Virus record (IMG/VR): IMGVR_UViG_3300025122_000009
Span: 23,795 to 87,794 of that record
Strand: one strand, 5' to 3'
DNA length: 64,000 bases
DNA from: a virus
The stretch's first letter is position 1, and every line of letters begins with the position of its first letter. The notes under the pieces are model-generated. The model made no database searches. It was not told the DNA's origin and saw nothing but the letters and a program-made list of their open reading frames with translations. Of this stretch, positions 29,912 through 40,267 are shown in pieces. The position numbers were made by a program, and so were the translations under genes.

Positions 29912-31510
29912 ATGAAAAAAGCAATTATTACAATTTTGGGTCTGGCGATCCTCTTGGCTTTGGTAGCCACGATGCTCGATATCGCTAGCGCCGATGCATG
30001 CGAGCCTCAAAGCACTCAAGTGGCTCATTATGACCATGATGACTATGGGTATGATAATCATCACTATGACGATGATTACGGGGATAACAGCTATTACGAT
30101 GATGGCTATAGTTCTGGTGATTATGCGTACACCAATACCAACTATGCTCGAAACCAGTATGTGCCGGTAATCGTTTACGATCATGTTTATGACTATCGAC
30201 TTGGGCGATGGACGTGGGTTAACAGCCACACCAACATGATGAGTTGCCACCGCGCCGGAAAGATCGTATTGTCGGCTTATAACCGGGGCTTAAACGTCCA
30301 CTATGAAGGGTATCGCGGATGCCCCACCCGTGTTACTTATAACACGTATCATCGGGCCACTCAGACATACTTGACCTATCCCGCATTTCATGTTTATTGG
30401 GGAACCACCTTCAATTGGATGCATACTGCTTTTCACCACCATGGATCGCTGTATGCCCATCACTACAACCCGCACCAGATCTACCAGCAACCTTATACGA
30501 TGAGACACCACCATCACTCACAGTATGCGCACTACACTAACAATCAGCACCATACGTGGAAAACGAAACAGTGGCACACAGGACACTGGAAGAAGAATAG
30601 TTATAACAAGAAAGTGGTGGTTAACAAGATTGTCAATAACAATAACGTGACTGTTAACGTGAGCAAGCATTACCGATCTAGTGATTGGAAGAAAAATAAG
30701 AAGTCTTCTAAGAAAAACTGGAAGAAGAAGGGTGGCAAGAAGGGCCAACATTCTGATTTGAGAAAGAACGGTAAAATGGGATCTCAACATTATCGACAAC
30801 AGGAGAATCGCAAAAAGCGTGAGAACCAGTCGGCTTCTTCCCCTCGCGTCAATAATAATAAGAAGCGCTCTAACAACAAGGGTGTTAATAAGAACAAGAA
30901 GCGCCAGAACAATAATGGACAGGCCCATCGCGGCAACCATAGCGCCCACAACAACAAGCGCCATCACCGTCAAGGAAAAAACGTGCCGAAGCGAAGTGAT
31001 TTCCGAAATGGTGCGAACAAGCGTAAAAGCATGCCTAAGCGTGGTAATGTTCAAAGGCGTGGGAACCAACGACCACAAAAGGCAAACGCCCAGCGTCCCT
31101 TTCAGCGGTCCCCGAAGCGTTCTGCCCGAGCCCCCCAGCGCAACCATCAAAAGCGGCAGGTTCAGCAGCAGCGCCCTCGTCAGAACAAGCGCGTGACACG
31201 TCCTTCTCAAAGGCAGACACAGCGCCCCCGCGTTTCTCAAAGGCAGACACAGCGCCCCCGCGTTTCTCAAAGGCAGACACAGCGCCCCCGCGTGACCCAA
31301 CGGCGCACCGCTCCGCAAAACCGGCAGGTTCAGCAGCAGCGCCGTACCCCTCGTCGCTCCAACGTGCATCAGGGTCGCACCGCTCCTCAAAAGCGACAAG
31401 TTGCCCCGTCTAAGAGAGGAAACTCTAAGCGACACGCCAGTGCGAGTCGTCCCCACAACTCCCGACGTAGTGCGCCCGCACGCCCTCAGAATCGTCGGTC
31501 TACTCGTTAA
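29912..31510 (+). CDS. Exported low-complexity protein: Tyr/His/Asp-rich N-half, Arg/Lys/Asn/Gln-rich disordered C-half
   Basis: Signal peptide MKKAIITILGLAILLALVA; strong AGGAG RBS; internal repeats. Confidence 0.75.
   Translation: MKKAIITILGLAILLALVATMLDIASADACEPQSTQVAHYDHDDYGYDNHHYDDDYGDNSYYDDGYSSGDYAYTNTNYARNQYVPVIVYDHVYDYRLGRWTWVNSHTNMMSCHRAGKIVLSAYNRGLNVHYEGYRGCPTRVTYNTYHRATQTYLTYPAFHVYWGTTFNWMHTAFHHHGSLYAHHYNPHQIYQQPYTMRHHHHSQYAHYTNNQHHTWKTKQWHTGHWKKNSYNKKVVVNKIVNNNNVTVNVSKHYRSSDWKKNKKSSKKNWKKKGGKKGQHSDLRKNGKMGSQHYRQQENRKKRENQSASSPRVNNNKKRSNNKGVNKNKKRQNNNGQAHRGNHSAHNNKRHHRQGKNVPKRSDFRNGANKRKSMPKRGNVQRRGNQRPQKANAQRPFQRSPKRSARAPQRNHQKRQVQQQRPRQNKRVTRPSQRQTQRPRVSQRQTQRPRVSQRQTQRPRVTQRRTAPQNRQVQQQRRTPRRSNVHQGRTAPQKRQVAPSKRGNSKRHASASRPHNSRRSAPARPQNRRSTR
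31204..31293 (+). repeat. 30-bp tandem repeat, 3 copies (SQRQTQRPRV)
   Basis: TTCTCAAAGGCAGACACAGCGCCCCCGCGT at 31204, 31234 and 31264. Confidence 0.92.
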
Positions 31511-31526
31511 CTAATAAAATTTACTG

Positions 31527-31555
31527 TTGACTTTCCAACCCTCCTCGGTTATACT
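31527..31555 (+). promoter_or_regulatory. Sigma70-like promoter for exonuclease-helicase-RNR
   Basis: TTGACT-N17-TATACT. Confidence 0.7.
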
Positions 31556-31569
31556 GGGGAGGGTTTTTT
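31537..31569 (+). terminator. Rho-independent terminator overlapping that promoter
   Basis: AACCCTCCTCGGT-tat-ACTGGGGAGGGTT running into a T tract. Confidence 0.75.
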
Positions 31570-31582
31570 ACGTAGAGGAATT

Positions 31583-32542
31583 ATGAAAAGAGTAGTATTG
31601 ATTGATGCCCTAAACATGCTTTACAGGGCGTATATTGTGGACCCAAGCCTTTCTACCAACGGTTATCCAATCGGAGGAATTAAAGGCTTTCTTAAGATTT
31701 TACAGAAAATGGTGAGGGAAATGAAGCCAGACCGCGTTATTATCGCGTGGGATGGCATCGGTGGCTCAAAACGACGGAAATTGGTTCAAAAGGATTATAA
31801 AGCGGGAAGGAAGCCGATCCGGCTGAATCGGGACATTAGGAATATGTCCGAGAATGAAGAAATAGAGAATAAAATTTGGCAACAAACTCGTCTGACACAA
31901 TATTTAAATGAGTTGCCTGTTATCCAAACCATGGTACCTCACATCGAGGCTGATGACATCATCGCGTATGCGGTTCAGATGAATTGTTTTAAGGGTTGGC
32001 AAAAGATTATTATCTCTAGCGATAAGGACTTTATTCAGCTTTGTGATGACGAAACAGTGTTGTATAGGCCGATACAGAAGGTCTTTCTCAACAGCAAAAG
32101 GGTGGTGGAAGAGTACGGCATCCATCCGGCTAATTTCGCCCTCGCACGCGCCATTTCTGGTGATAAGAGTGATAATCTCAAGGGTGTTGGAGGCGTTGGG
32201 ATGAAGACAGTAGCCAAGAGATTCCCTTTTTTAAGCGAAGAAAAGACCCATTATATAAGCAGTCTTATCGACCATTGTGGGGAGATGAAAGAAGAAAAGG
32301 CAAAGGTTTATCAGACTATTCAGGAGAACGTGGACGTTATCGAACAGAATTATAAACTAATGCAGCTGTATTCCCCCAATATCCCAATTAACGGGAAACA
32401 AACTGTGCGGCATGCTATTGAAGATTTTGTGCCTGAATTTAATAAGACAGGCACGGTTAAGATGATGACTGAGGATGGCTTTGGAGCTTTTGACTGGTCA
32501 TCCCTGTTCCAAAACATGAAACGTATCACGACGGAGAAATAA
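31583..32542 (+). CDS. 5'-3' exonuclease/flap endonuclease (T4 RNase H / PolI N-terminal-like)
   Basis: LIDALN, WDG, YKAGR, EADDIIA, SSDKDFIQL, GDKSDNLKGVGGVGMKT. Confidence 0.92.
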   Translation: MKRVVLIDALNMLYRAYIVDPSLSTNGYPIGGIKGFLKILQKMVREMKPDRVIIAWDGIGGSKRRKLVQKDYKAGRKPIRLNRDIRNMSENEEIENKIWQQTRLTQYLNELPVIQTMVPHIEADDIIAYAVQMNCFKGWQKIIISSDKDFIQLCDDETVLYRPIQKVFLNSKRVVEEYGIHPANFALARAISGDKSDNLKGVGGVGMKTVAKRFPFLSEEKTHYISSLIDHCGEMKEEKAKVYQTIQENVDVIEQNYKLMQLYSPNIPINGKQTVRHAIEDFVPEFNKTGTVKMMTEDGFGAFDWSSLFQNMKRITTEK

Positions 32543-33903
32543 TGGAAAAAGTTGATTTTTCTAAATATGGGAAAGCTTTCCAAGAGGACCTGGCACAATT
32601 AATCCTGGAGGATAGATCCTTTTCAGATCAAATGCAAGAGGTTTTGAAGCTCGAATTCTTTGAATTTAGATATCTTCAAGTATTTATTGAAAAGATATTT
32701 GATTATCGCAACAAGTATGGCGTTCATCCCACCAGCAAGATAATGATTACTCTCCTCCGCGCTTCTTTAGATGAGGAGAATGACGCGGTTAAGAAACAGG
32801 TTAGGGATTATTTTGCGCGTATCCATAAAGCAGGATTCGGCGTCGATGGCGATGAATATATTAAGGAGACTTCGCTTGATTTTTGTCGAAAACAAAAGCT
32901 CAAGGAGGCAATGCTTGAATCGGTTAAGCTTTTAAAAAGTTCGTCTTTTGACGAGATTAGCGAAGTTATTAATCAGGCTCTAAAGCTGGGGAGTGATAAT
33001 AAGTTTGGATACGATTATAAAGTAGACTTTGAAAAGCGATTTGAAATTAAAGCTCGCAATGCCGTCAGTACTGGGTGGAAAGAAGTTGATGACTTATGTA
33101 AGGGGGGCTTGGGAGAGGGAGAACTGGGAGTGGTTATTGCTCCTACCGGAGCGGGAAAATCAATGGCTTTGGTACACTTGGGGGCCGAGGCTGTAAAAGA
33201 AGGTAAAACTGTCATACACTATACTTTGGAATTGGGATCTACTATAATTGCATCGAGGTATGATAGTTGTATTACAGGCGTTCACTTGAAAGACCTCTTT
33301 TCTTTTAAAGAACAAATATTTGAAACTGTCCAAGAGTTGGAAGGAAATTTAATTATTAAGGAATACCCAACAAAATCAGCTTCGCCCACCACAATCAAGA
33401 CTCATTTGGAGAAGCTTCGCCACCGGGGCATACCCATTGATATGATTATTGTTGATTATGGAGATTTATTGCGACCAAATGTGATAAGAAAAGAGAAAAG
33501 GCACGAACTGGAAACTATTTACGAAGATTTGAGAGCCCTCGCTCAAGAATTTAAGTGTCCTTGTTATACGGCTAGTCAAACTAACAGGAGCGGCTTGAAC
33601 GCGGAAGTAATTACAATGGAATCTATTTCAGAAGCTTTTAATAAATGCTTTGTAGCAGATTTTATCTTCTCCTTATCGCGCACCATCCAAGATAAAAACA
33701 CCAACAGTGGGCGCCTTTTTATAGCTAAAAATAGAAATGGCCCGGACGGATTAATTTATCCTATATTTATGGACACGAGCAATGTGAAGATAAAGGTGCT
33801 TCCTTCGACTGGAGAAACGATGGATAGCGTTGTATCTAAAACGTCCAAAGAGCAGGGAGAACTTCTCAAAGAAAAATATAAGCAATTTAAAAAAGGTAAA
33901 TAA
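32542..33903 (+). CDS. dnaB: Replicative helicase, DnaB/gp41-like
   Basis: Walker A APTGAGKS, YTLE, IIVDYGDL, TASQTNRSG, KNRNG. Confidence 0.9.
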   Translation: MEKVDFSKYGKAFQEDLAQLILEDRSFSDQMQEVLKLEFFEFRYLQVFIEKIFDYRNKYGVHPTSKIMITLLRASLDEENDAVKKQVRDYFARIHKAGFGVDGDEYIKETSLDFCRKQKLKEAMLESVKLLKSSSFDEISEVINQALKLGSDNKFGYDYKVDFEKRFEIKARNAVSTGWKEVDDLCKGGLGEGELGVVIAPTGAGKSMALVHLGAEAVKEGKTVIHYTLELGSTIIASRYDSCITGVHLKDLFSFKEQIFETVQELEGNLIIKEYPTKSASPTTIKTHLEKLRHRGIPIDMIIVDYGDLLRPNVIRKEKRHELETIYEDLRALAQEFKCPCYTASQTNRSGLNAEVITMESISEAFNKCFVADFIFSLSRTIQDKNTNSGRLFIAKNRNGPDGLIYPIFMDTSNVKIKVLPSTGETMDSVVSKTSKEQGELLKEKYKQFKKGK

Positions 33904-33906
33904 AGG

Positions 33907-36324
33907 ATGTATAACGAAGAGGAAGTTGGGAGTGCCACTCTAGAATATTTTAGGGGGGACGAATTAGCAAAAAATGTTTTTATGACCAAATATTGTCTTA
34001 AAGACAAGAAAGGCGCCTTGTTGGAGAAAACGCCTGATGACATGCACCGCCGGCTGGCTAAAGAATTTGCTCGGATAGAAAAAAAGTTCGGAGGCAAAAG
34101 GGCTCTCTCTGAAAAAGAAGTTTATAGTTTTCTTAAAGACTTTAAATATATTGTACCTCAAGGTTCTCCGATGATGGGCATCGGAAATGATCATGTAAAC
34201 GTTTCTTTGTCTAATTGTGTTGTGGTGGACTCTCCTGCCGATACTATTTCATCGATTATGGATGCGGGAAAAGACTTGGCTAACCTTTTTAAGAGGAGAT
34301 GTGGCGTAGGGTTAGACATCTCCGAATTGCGTCCGGAAAACGCTATTGTTAATAATGCGGCTGGCACCACCACAGGAGCATGGAGCTTTGCTGATTTTTA
34401 CTCATATGTGTGTCGGATGGTGGGACAAAATGGGAGACGCGGCGCACTCATGATTTCTATGGATGTGCGGCATCCCGACATAGAACAATTCGTTGAAATG
34501 AAACACGATTTAGCTAAAGTTACCGGTGCAAATGTCTCTGTAAAGATAAATAATTCTTTTGCAAAAGCTGTCGAAAATAAAGAGTCATTTACTTTACAGT
34601 TTCCTGTGGGATCCTCCAACCCCACTCACACAAAAGAAATTCAAGCGGAGGAGCTTTGGAATAAAATTGTAGAATCAGCAACCAAAACAGCAGAGCCCGG
34701 GCTCTTAATGTGGGATAACATAATTAATAATCTCCCAGCTCATTGTTATAAAGAGGATGGGTTTGAAACGCTCACCACCAACCCCTGTGGGGAAATACCC
34801 CTTTCAGCTTATGATTCATGTCGGTTGATCTCTATTAACTTAAAGCATCTGGTAAAAAGTTCTTTCACCTCTCACGCCTATTTTGACTTTGAAGAATTTG
34901 AGAGAGTAGTTTCAGTAGCGATGCGACTTTCTGATGATTTGATTGAGCTTGAGATAGAAAAACTAGAAAATATTATTGCTGTTTGTGACACGGCTGATGA
35001 GAAAGTGTTATGGGAAAAATTGTTGAAAGCGTGTAGGGAGGGCCGACGCACCGGACTCGGGACTCATGGTTTGGCAGATGCAATTGCTCGTCTTCAAACC
35101 TCATATGATTCTGAACCGGCTTACAAAGTGATACACGGTATTTACGAAACTTTGCGTGATGCTGCGTACTCCGAAAGCGTACAATTGGCGCAAGAACGCG
35201 GAGCTTTTCCGATATTTAAATGGGAGAAAGAAGCGACTAACGAATTTATAGGGAGGCTTCCCGAGCAGCTGCGAGAGGCCATTAAAAAATTTGGTCGAAG
35301 AAATATTTCCATCTTAACTAACGCGCCTACCGGGAGTGTTTCCATCATGTCACAAACTAGCTCGGGCCTGGAGCCAGTTTTTCGCAACTCTTATACACGA
35401 CGAAGAAAATTAAGCCACAACGAACAGCATTTGGTACCCGATTTTGTGGACGATCTGGGAGACAAGTGGATAGAATATGAGGTTTTTCACCACAACGTGC
35501 AAGAATGGCTGGAGGCGAATAGGGGAAAAGAAGTGCCTGATTTTTTTACCACCTCCGATCAGATCGATTGGAAGAGGCGCGTGGAGATTCAAGCCGTTAT
35601 CCAACAAAGTATCGACCATTCTATCAGTTCTACCATTAATCTCCCCAAGGGGACCGACCCTTCGGTCGTGGGAGAATTATATTTGTTGGGATGGAGTTTG
35701 GGTCTTAAAGGTATAACGGTTTATGTAGACGGGTCACGCTCGGGAGTGCTGCTTACCAAAAAAGAAGAGGGTAATTTCCCTCAGAACGGGGCCCCCAAGC
35801 GCCCCAATGAACTACCTTGCGCCATTCATCACACTACCATTCAGGGAGAAAAGTGGGTCGTGCTGGTGGGCCTCCTACAGGGTAAGCCTTATGAGGTAAT
35901 GGGGGGTCTATCTAATTTGGTGGAAATCCCAAAAAAGTACAGTGACGGAGCTTTAATTAAAAATAGTTTTAAAACTAAAGACAGTCGCTATGATTTAAAA
36001 TTTGGCGATAACGGAGACGAAGTGGTAATTCGTGATATTGTAAAAGTATTTGATAATGCAAACAATTCTGCTTTTACGCGAATGATTTCTTTGGCCCTTC
36101 GTCATGGAGCAAAGCCGAGCTTTTTGGTTGAACAGCTTTATAAAGATCGGGATAGTGACATGTTCTCGTTTTCTAAATGTATTGCCCGTATCTTAAAGAA
36201 CTATATTCAGGATGGGGAGAGGGCGAACGGGGACAAGACATGTGTAGAGTGTGGTGAAGAAGGAATGATATACCAAGATGGTTGTGTTACATGCCAAAAA
36301 TGTGGTTTTGCAAAATGTGGTTAA
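33907..36324 (+). CDS. nrdJ: Class II (adenosylcobalamin-dependent) ribonucleotide reductase with C-terminal Zn ribbon
   Basis: LSNCVV, RRGALM, TNPCGEIPL, APTGSVS, SSGLEP, GITVYVDGSR; C-terminal CVEC...CQKC; no adjacent nrdB. Confidence 0.85.
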   Translation: MYNEEEVGSATLEYFRGDELAKNVFMTKYCLKDKKGALLEKTPDDMHRRLAKEFARIEKKFGGKRALSEKEVYSFLKDFKYIVPQGSPMMGIGNDHVNVSLSNCVVVDSPADTISSIMDAGKDLANLFKRRCGVGLDISELRPENAIVNNAAGTTTGAWSFADFYSYVCRMVGQNGRRGALMISMDVRHPDIEQFVEMKHDLAKVTGANVSVKINNSFAKAVENKESFTLQFPVGSSNPTHTKEIQAEELWNKIVESATKTAEPGLLMWDNIINNLPAHCYKEDGFETLTTNPCGEIPLSAYDSCRLISINLKHLVKSSFTSHAYFDFEEFERVVSVAMRLSDDLIELEIEKLENIIAVCDTADEKVLWEKLLKACREGRRTGLGTHGLADAIARLQTSYDSEPAYKVIHGIYETLRDAAYSESVQLAQERGAFPIFKWEKEATNEFIGRLPEQLREAIKKFGRRNISILTNAPTGSVSIMSQTSSGLEPVFRNSYTRRRKLSHNEQHLVPDFVDDLGDKWIEYEVFHHNVQEWLEANRGKEVPDFFTTSDQIDWKRRVEIQAVIQQSIDHSISSTINLPKGTDPSVVGELYLLGWSLGLKGITVYVDGSRSGVLLTKKEEGNFPQNGAPKRPNELPCAIHHTTIQGEKWVVLVGLLQGKPYEVMGGLSNLVEIPKKYSDGALIKNSFKTKDSRYDLKFGDNGDEVVIRDIVKVFDNANNSAFTRMISLALRHGAKPSFLVEQLYKDRDSDMFSFSKCIARILKNYIQDGERANGDKTCVECGEEGMIYQDGCVTCQKCGFAKCG

Positions 36325-36331
36325 ATTTTAC

Positions 36332-36360
36332 TTGACAACTATGTTTAGGTATGATAGCAT
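36332..36360 (+). promoter_or_regulatory. Sigma70-like promoter upstream of the groES-aceB-aceA-thyX-metK block
   Basis: TTGACA-N17-TAGCAT with extended -10 TG. Confidence 0.7.
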
Positions 36361-36384
36361 GTGGGTTGTTAAGGAAAAAGGGTT

Positions 36385-36621
36385 ATGGATTTAACACATT
36401 TAGTCTCGGGGCCAAATCGAAAATCTGTATGTAATGCTAGTGTCACCCACTATTGGGTGACAATAGGAGAAGCACAGGCTAGTGCTGGCAACAATATTAC
36501 AGTTCAACTTGAATGTAAGCATTGTAAAAAGAGAATATATGAATTTTTAACCAGAGAAGAATATTTTTTATGTGAAAATCAACTTAAAAGGAGTCAAAAT
36601 GAAACCAGTTCCCGTAATTGA
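36385..36621 (+). CDS. Small putative Zn-binding protein
   Basis: 78 aa; C...H...CKHC. Confidence 0.6.
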   Translation: MDLTHLVSGPNRKSVCNASVTHYWVTIGEAQASAGNNITVQLECKHCKKRIYEFLTREEYFLCENQLKRSQNETSSRN

Positions 36622-36889
36622 GGTTGTCATGGAGCAAAAACAAACGGACATTCAAAAAAAAGAAGAGCACATTACCAACTATATTAAATCGCTAGCTACT
36701 GTCGAAGAAGAGATGGAACCCTTTAAAGAACATAAGCGAGATTTGAAAAAGAGCTATGTAGAAAATGGGTGGCTCTCCAAAGAGGAAATCAGCATGGCGG
36801 TGAAGGCATATCGCCTCATGAAAGACGATGTTGATGTAGAACAATTGATGGATTTTTATGACCGTGTTTCTAAAACTGTGAGCAAATGA
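36599..36889 (+). CDS. GapR/T4 DsbA-like double-stranded DNA-binding protein
   Basis: ITNYIKSLATVEEEMEPFKEHKRDLKKSYVENG..SKEEISMAVKAYRLMKDD resembles the DUF2312/GapR helix pattern; AGGAG RBS before ATG 36599. Confidence 0.5.
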   Translation: MKPVPVIEVVMEQKQTDIQKKEEHITNYIKSLATVEEEMEPFKEHKRDLKKSYVENGWLSKEEISMAVKAYRLMKDDVDVEQLMDFYDRVSKTVSK

Positions 36890-36896
36890 GGTTGAA

Positions 36897-37214
36897 ATGA
36901 ACTTTTATCCCTGTAGCAGATATCTGCTGGTAAAGACTATCCGCGAAGAGAGTGTTGAAGAAGAGCAGCGTGTATTGTTGCCGGAAGGCTACACTCCCTC
37001 GAAGAAGGAATTCGGGGCTTATATGGTTGTATCAGCAGCCCCCGAAGTAGCACTTAGTGTATTTCCTGGCGAGGTGGTTGTGGTAGAAGAAAGCATGGTG
37101 AGAGAAATTAATTTTCAGGGGGAGACCCACCTTATTGTATTAGAAAATTATGTATGTGGAGTTCTTTCGCCGGATGGGAAGGAAGAGTTCTGGGAAGACT
37201 GTGAAACGGTATAG
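36897..37214 (+). CDS. groES: Divergent GroES-like co-chaperonin
   Basis: P..RYLLVK, VLLPEG loop, V.PGEVVVV, INFQGETHLIVLENYVCGVL. Confidence 0.65.
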   Translation: MNFYPCSRYLLVKTIREESVEEEQRVLLPEGYTPSKKEFGAYMVVSAAPEVALSVFPGEVVVVEESMVREINFQGETHLIVLENYVCGVLSPDGKEEFWEDCETV

Positions 37215-37240
37215 CTGATTATAATTAAAAAAGGAGTAGG

Positions 37241-38773
37241 ATGCTAAAAGTAAGAGATCGTGAAAAATATAAAAACATTTTAACCAATGAGGCATTATCT
37301 TTTGTGGAAGATCTGTCTCATCTGTTTGATGCCCGAATACATTCTGTATTAGAGTCTAGGGAATATACTCAGTTTTATTTTGATGCGGGTGAGAAACCTA
37401 ATTTTTTATCTGAAACCCGAGAGATCCGCGAGAGCGATTGGATGGTGGGGGAAATCCCTGCCGAGATTATGGACAGGCGTGTTGAAATCACCGGTCCAGT
37501 TAACCGCAAAATGGTTATTAACGCCCTCAACTCAGGCGCCCGAGTTTTTATGGCCGATTTCGAAGATTCCAATTCCCCTACGTGGGAGAATTGTGTGGAA
37601 GGGCAGAACAATTTGTATGATGCTATTCGCGGGACTATTGACTATAGGGATCCCAAGACTGGCAAACACTACGCCCTTAATGACAACCCTGCGGTTTTGT
37701 TCGTGCGCCCGAGAGGACTTCATCTGGAAGAAAAAAATATATTGTGGAATGACAAGCCTATGCGTGCCAGTTTGTTTGATTTTGGCATGTATGTTTTCCA
37801 TAATGCGCGCCACTTGGTAGAAAACGGTTCACGTCCTTATTTTTATCTACCGAAATTGGAGCACTATGCGGAAGCTAAAATTTGGGCTGATATTTTCCGT
37901 CATACCGAGAATTATTTTGGTATTCCAGAGGGGACGATTAAAGCCACAGTTCTCATAGAAACCCTCCCTGCTGCTTTTCAAATGGATGAAATTTTGTTTG
38001 CTCTTAAAGATCATTCTGCTGGACTGAATTGTGGACGATGGGACTATATTTTTAGCTTTATAAAGACTTGCAAGAACGACCCTCAGAGCGTGATGCCTGA
38101 TAGAGATCAAGTAACAATGACCCAGCATTTTATGAGAAGCTATACCCAACTTCTTATTTCTACCTGCCACCGCCGTGGTGCACATGCGATGGGAGGTATG
38201 GCGGCTCAAATTCCAATTAAAAATGATCCTGAAGCGAATGCGTCTGCCTTGGCGAAGGTCCGAGAGGATAAAATGCGGGAGGTGTGCGATGGACATGACG
38301 GGACGTGGGTGGCTCACCCGGGCCTGATCCCCATCGCTATGGAAGTTTTTGATACTCACATGAAAGAGTCTAATCAAATTCATAAACATTTGGATAATCT
38401 TAATGGACCAATTGAAGCGCAGGATCTTTTGTGTGTCCCCAAAGGAACATGCACAGAGGCGGCTTTAAGAAAAAATATTAAAATTGGATTTGAGTATTTG
38501 AAGGCGTGGGTGAACGGTAACGGATGCGTGCCCCTTAATAATTTGATGGAGGATGCGGCTACTGCTGAAATTTCCCGCGCTCAAATTTGGCAATGGAGGA
38601 GGCATAATGTTCAACTAGATAATGGACATAAAGTAACCTCTTCTTATTTGCGCCAGGTTTTAAAGGAGGAGTTGTCTGACGAAGAGGGTCAAGCTCGCAA
38701 CTTGTTTGAGTCGCTTTGCCTTTCAGAAAAGTTGAGCGATTTTTTAACCCTAGAGGCGTATAAGGAGCTTTAA
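37241..38773 (+). CDS. aceB: Malate synthase A
   Basis: [17 protein letters not shown], catalytic [51 protein letters not shown], catalytic [18 protein letters not shown]. Confidence 0.97.
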   Translation: MLKVRDREKYKNILTNEALSFVEDLSHLFDARIHSVLESREYTQFYFDAGEKPNFLSETREIRESDWMVGEIPAEIMDRRVEITGPVNRKMVINALNSGARVFMADFEDSNSPTWENCVEGQNNLYDAIRGTIDYRDPKTGKHYALNDNPAVLFVRPRGLHLEEKNILWNDKPMRASLFDFGMYVFHNARHLVENGSRPYFYLPKLEHYAEAKIWADIFRHTENYFGIPEGTIKATVLIETLPAAFQMDEILFALKDHSAGLNCGRWDYIFSFIKTCKNDPQSVMPDRDQVTMTQHFMRSYTQLLISTCHRRGAHAMGGMAAQIPIKNDPEANASALAKVREDKMREVCDGHDGTWVAHPGLIPIAMEVFDTHMKESNQIHKHLDNLNGPIEAQDLLCVPKGTCTEAALRKNIKIGFEYLKAWVNGNGCVPLNNLMEDAATAEISRAQIWQWRRHNVQLDNGHKVTSSYLRQVLKEELSDEEGQARNLFESLCLSEKLSDFLTLEAYKEL

Positions 38774-38775
38774 AA

Positions 38776-39996
38776 ATGATTAAACGACCATATACTGAAG
38801 AAGATGTATCACTTTTGCGGGGCTCTTTAAGAGAGGAGCATACTTTGGCTAAAAGGGCAGCTAAGACTTTGAGGCGCCTGTTGAAAGAGGAAGACTATGT
38901 TCATGCTATGGGGGCATTAACAGGGGGTCAAGCAATGCAGATGGTTAAAGCGGGCACCAAAGCAATTTATTGTTCGGGATGGCAAGTGGCCGCTGACGCC
39001 AACGATTCTCATGAAATGTACCCTGATCAGAGTTTGTACGCGGTACACAGTGTTCCCATGTTAGTCCAGAAGATTAACAATACGCTTCGCCGTGCCGACC
39101 AAGTTGAGTGGAGTGAAAACGACCGCATCCCCACACGGGATTGGTTTGCCCCTATTGTGGCTGATGCCGAAGCTGGCTTCGGAGGATCTTTGAACGCTTT
39201 TGAATTAATGAAGGCTATGATCCGCGCCGGCGCAGCCGGCGTTCATTTTGAAGATCAGCTGTCTTCCGCGAAGAAGTGTGGCCATCTGGGTGGAAAGGTG
39301 CTGGTGCCAGCTTCCGAGTTTATTAAGAAGCTTGTTGCTGCGCGGCTAGCTGCTGACGTGATGGGCACTCCTACGGTTATCATCGCTCGCACGGATGCTG
39401 ATAGTGCTCGTTTGTTGACGTCTGATATCGATGAAGTTGATAAGCCTTTTATTGAGAGCAGAAATCGAACTTCAGAAGGATTTCATAGGATCACGGGCGG
39501 AATTGATATGGCTATTGCGAGGGGTCTTCAATATGCTCCGTATGCTGACTTGTTGTGGTGCGAAACCAGCACTCCAGACTTGGAAGAGGCTAAAAAATTC
39601 GCTGATGCGATCCACAAAAAATTTCCTGGTAAAATGCTAGCATACAATTGCTCTCCATCCTTTAATTGGCGCAAAAATTTAGACGATAAAACTATCGCCA
39701 AATTTCAGCGTGAGTTAGGAAAAATGGGATATAAATTTCAATTCATTACTTTGGCCGGTTTCCACAATCTCAACCATCACATGTTCCAGCTTGCGCTAGA
39801 TTATAACAAGCGCGATATGTTGGCTTATGCTGATTTGCAGGATGCGGAATTTGCCGCGCAGGAAATGGGCTATACGGCTCACAAGCACCAGAGGGAGGTG
39901 GGAACGGGATATTTTGACGCTGTTTCGCAGGTTATTTCATCCGGGGACCCCTCCACTCTAGCGTTGAAGAACTCTACCGAAGAGGATCAGTTTTAG
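38776..39996 (+). CDS. aceA: Isocitrate lyase
   Basis: [35 protein letters not shown], catalytic [44 protein letters not shown]. Confidence 0.97.
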   Translation: MIKRPYTEEDVSLLRGSLREEHTLAKRAAKTLRRLLKEEDYVHAMGALTGGQAMQMVKAGTKAIYCSGWQVAADANDSHEMYPDQSLYAVHSVPMLVQKINNTLRRADQVEWSENDRIPTRDWFAPIVADAEAGFGGSLNAFELMKAMIRAGAAGVHFEDQLSSAKKCGHLGGKVLVPASEFIKKLVAARLAADVMGTPTVIIARTDADSARLLTSDIDEVDKPFIESRNRTSEGFHRITGGIDMAIARGLQYAPYADLLWCETSTPDLEEAKKFADAIHKKFPGKMLAYNCSPSFNWRKNLDDKTIAKFQRELGKMGYKFQFITLAGFHNLNHHMFQLALDYNKRDMLAYADLQDAEFAAQEMGYTAHKHQREVGTGYFDAVSQVISSGDPSTLALKNSTEEDQF

Positions 39997-40012
39997 GAGT
40001 CTTTGATGATCT

Positions 40013-40267
40013 TTGAAGCCTTTGACGCGGATTGCCGCCCTCTTGTTTGTATTGGGGAAAATATTTTGTTTTTTTACTATATTTTCTGTCTTTATAAACA
40101 GGGGGGCGGCAGAGGTTTGCCTCTTTATTTATATTGCATGTATAATTGGAGCCATTGTTTTATCTCTTGTAGATATGAGCCGAATTAAAAGAGAAGAACA
40201 AACTCCTCCGGTTGAAGAAGTAAAGAGATGGGCCCGTGAGCATGGCCTAAAATTGGGTGATGAGTGA
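40013..40267 (+). CDS. Small two-TM membrane protein
   Basis: 84 aa; two hydrophobic helices; overlaps the thyX start; exact start uncertain. Confidence 0.55.
   Translation: MKPLTRIAALLFVLGKIFCFFTIFSVFINRGAAEVCLFIYIACIIGAIVLSLVDMSRIKREEQTPPVEEVKRWAREHGLKLGDE

Noticed and set aside
31204-31293. 30-bp direct repeats as a CRISPR array
   Set aside because: No spacers; in-frame coding tandem repeat; no cas genes
30518-31456. 312-aa minus-strand ORF
   Set aside because: Shadow of the low-complexity + strand gene and its repeats; no RBS, and all credible genes are on +
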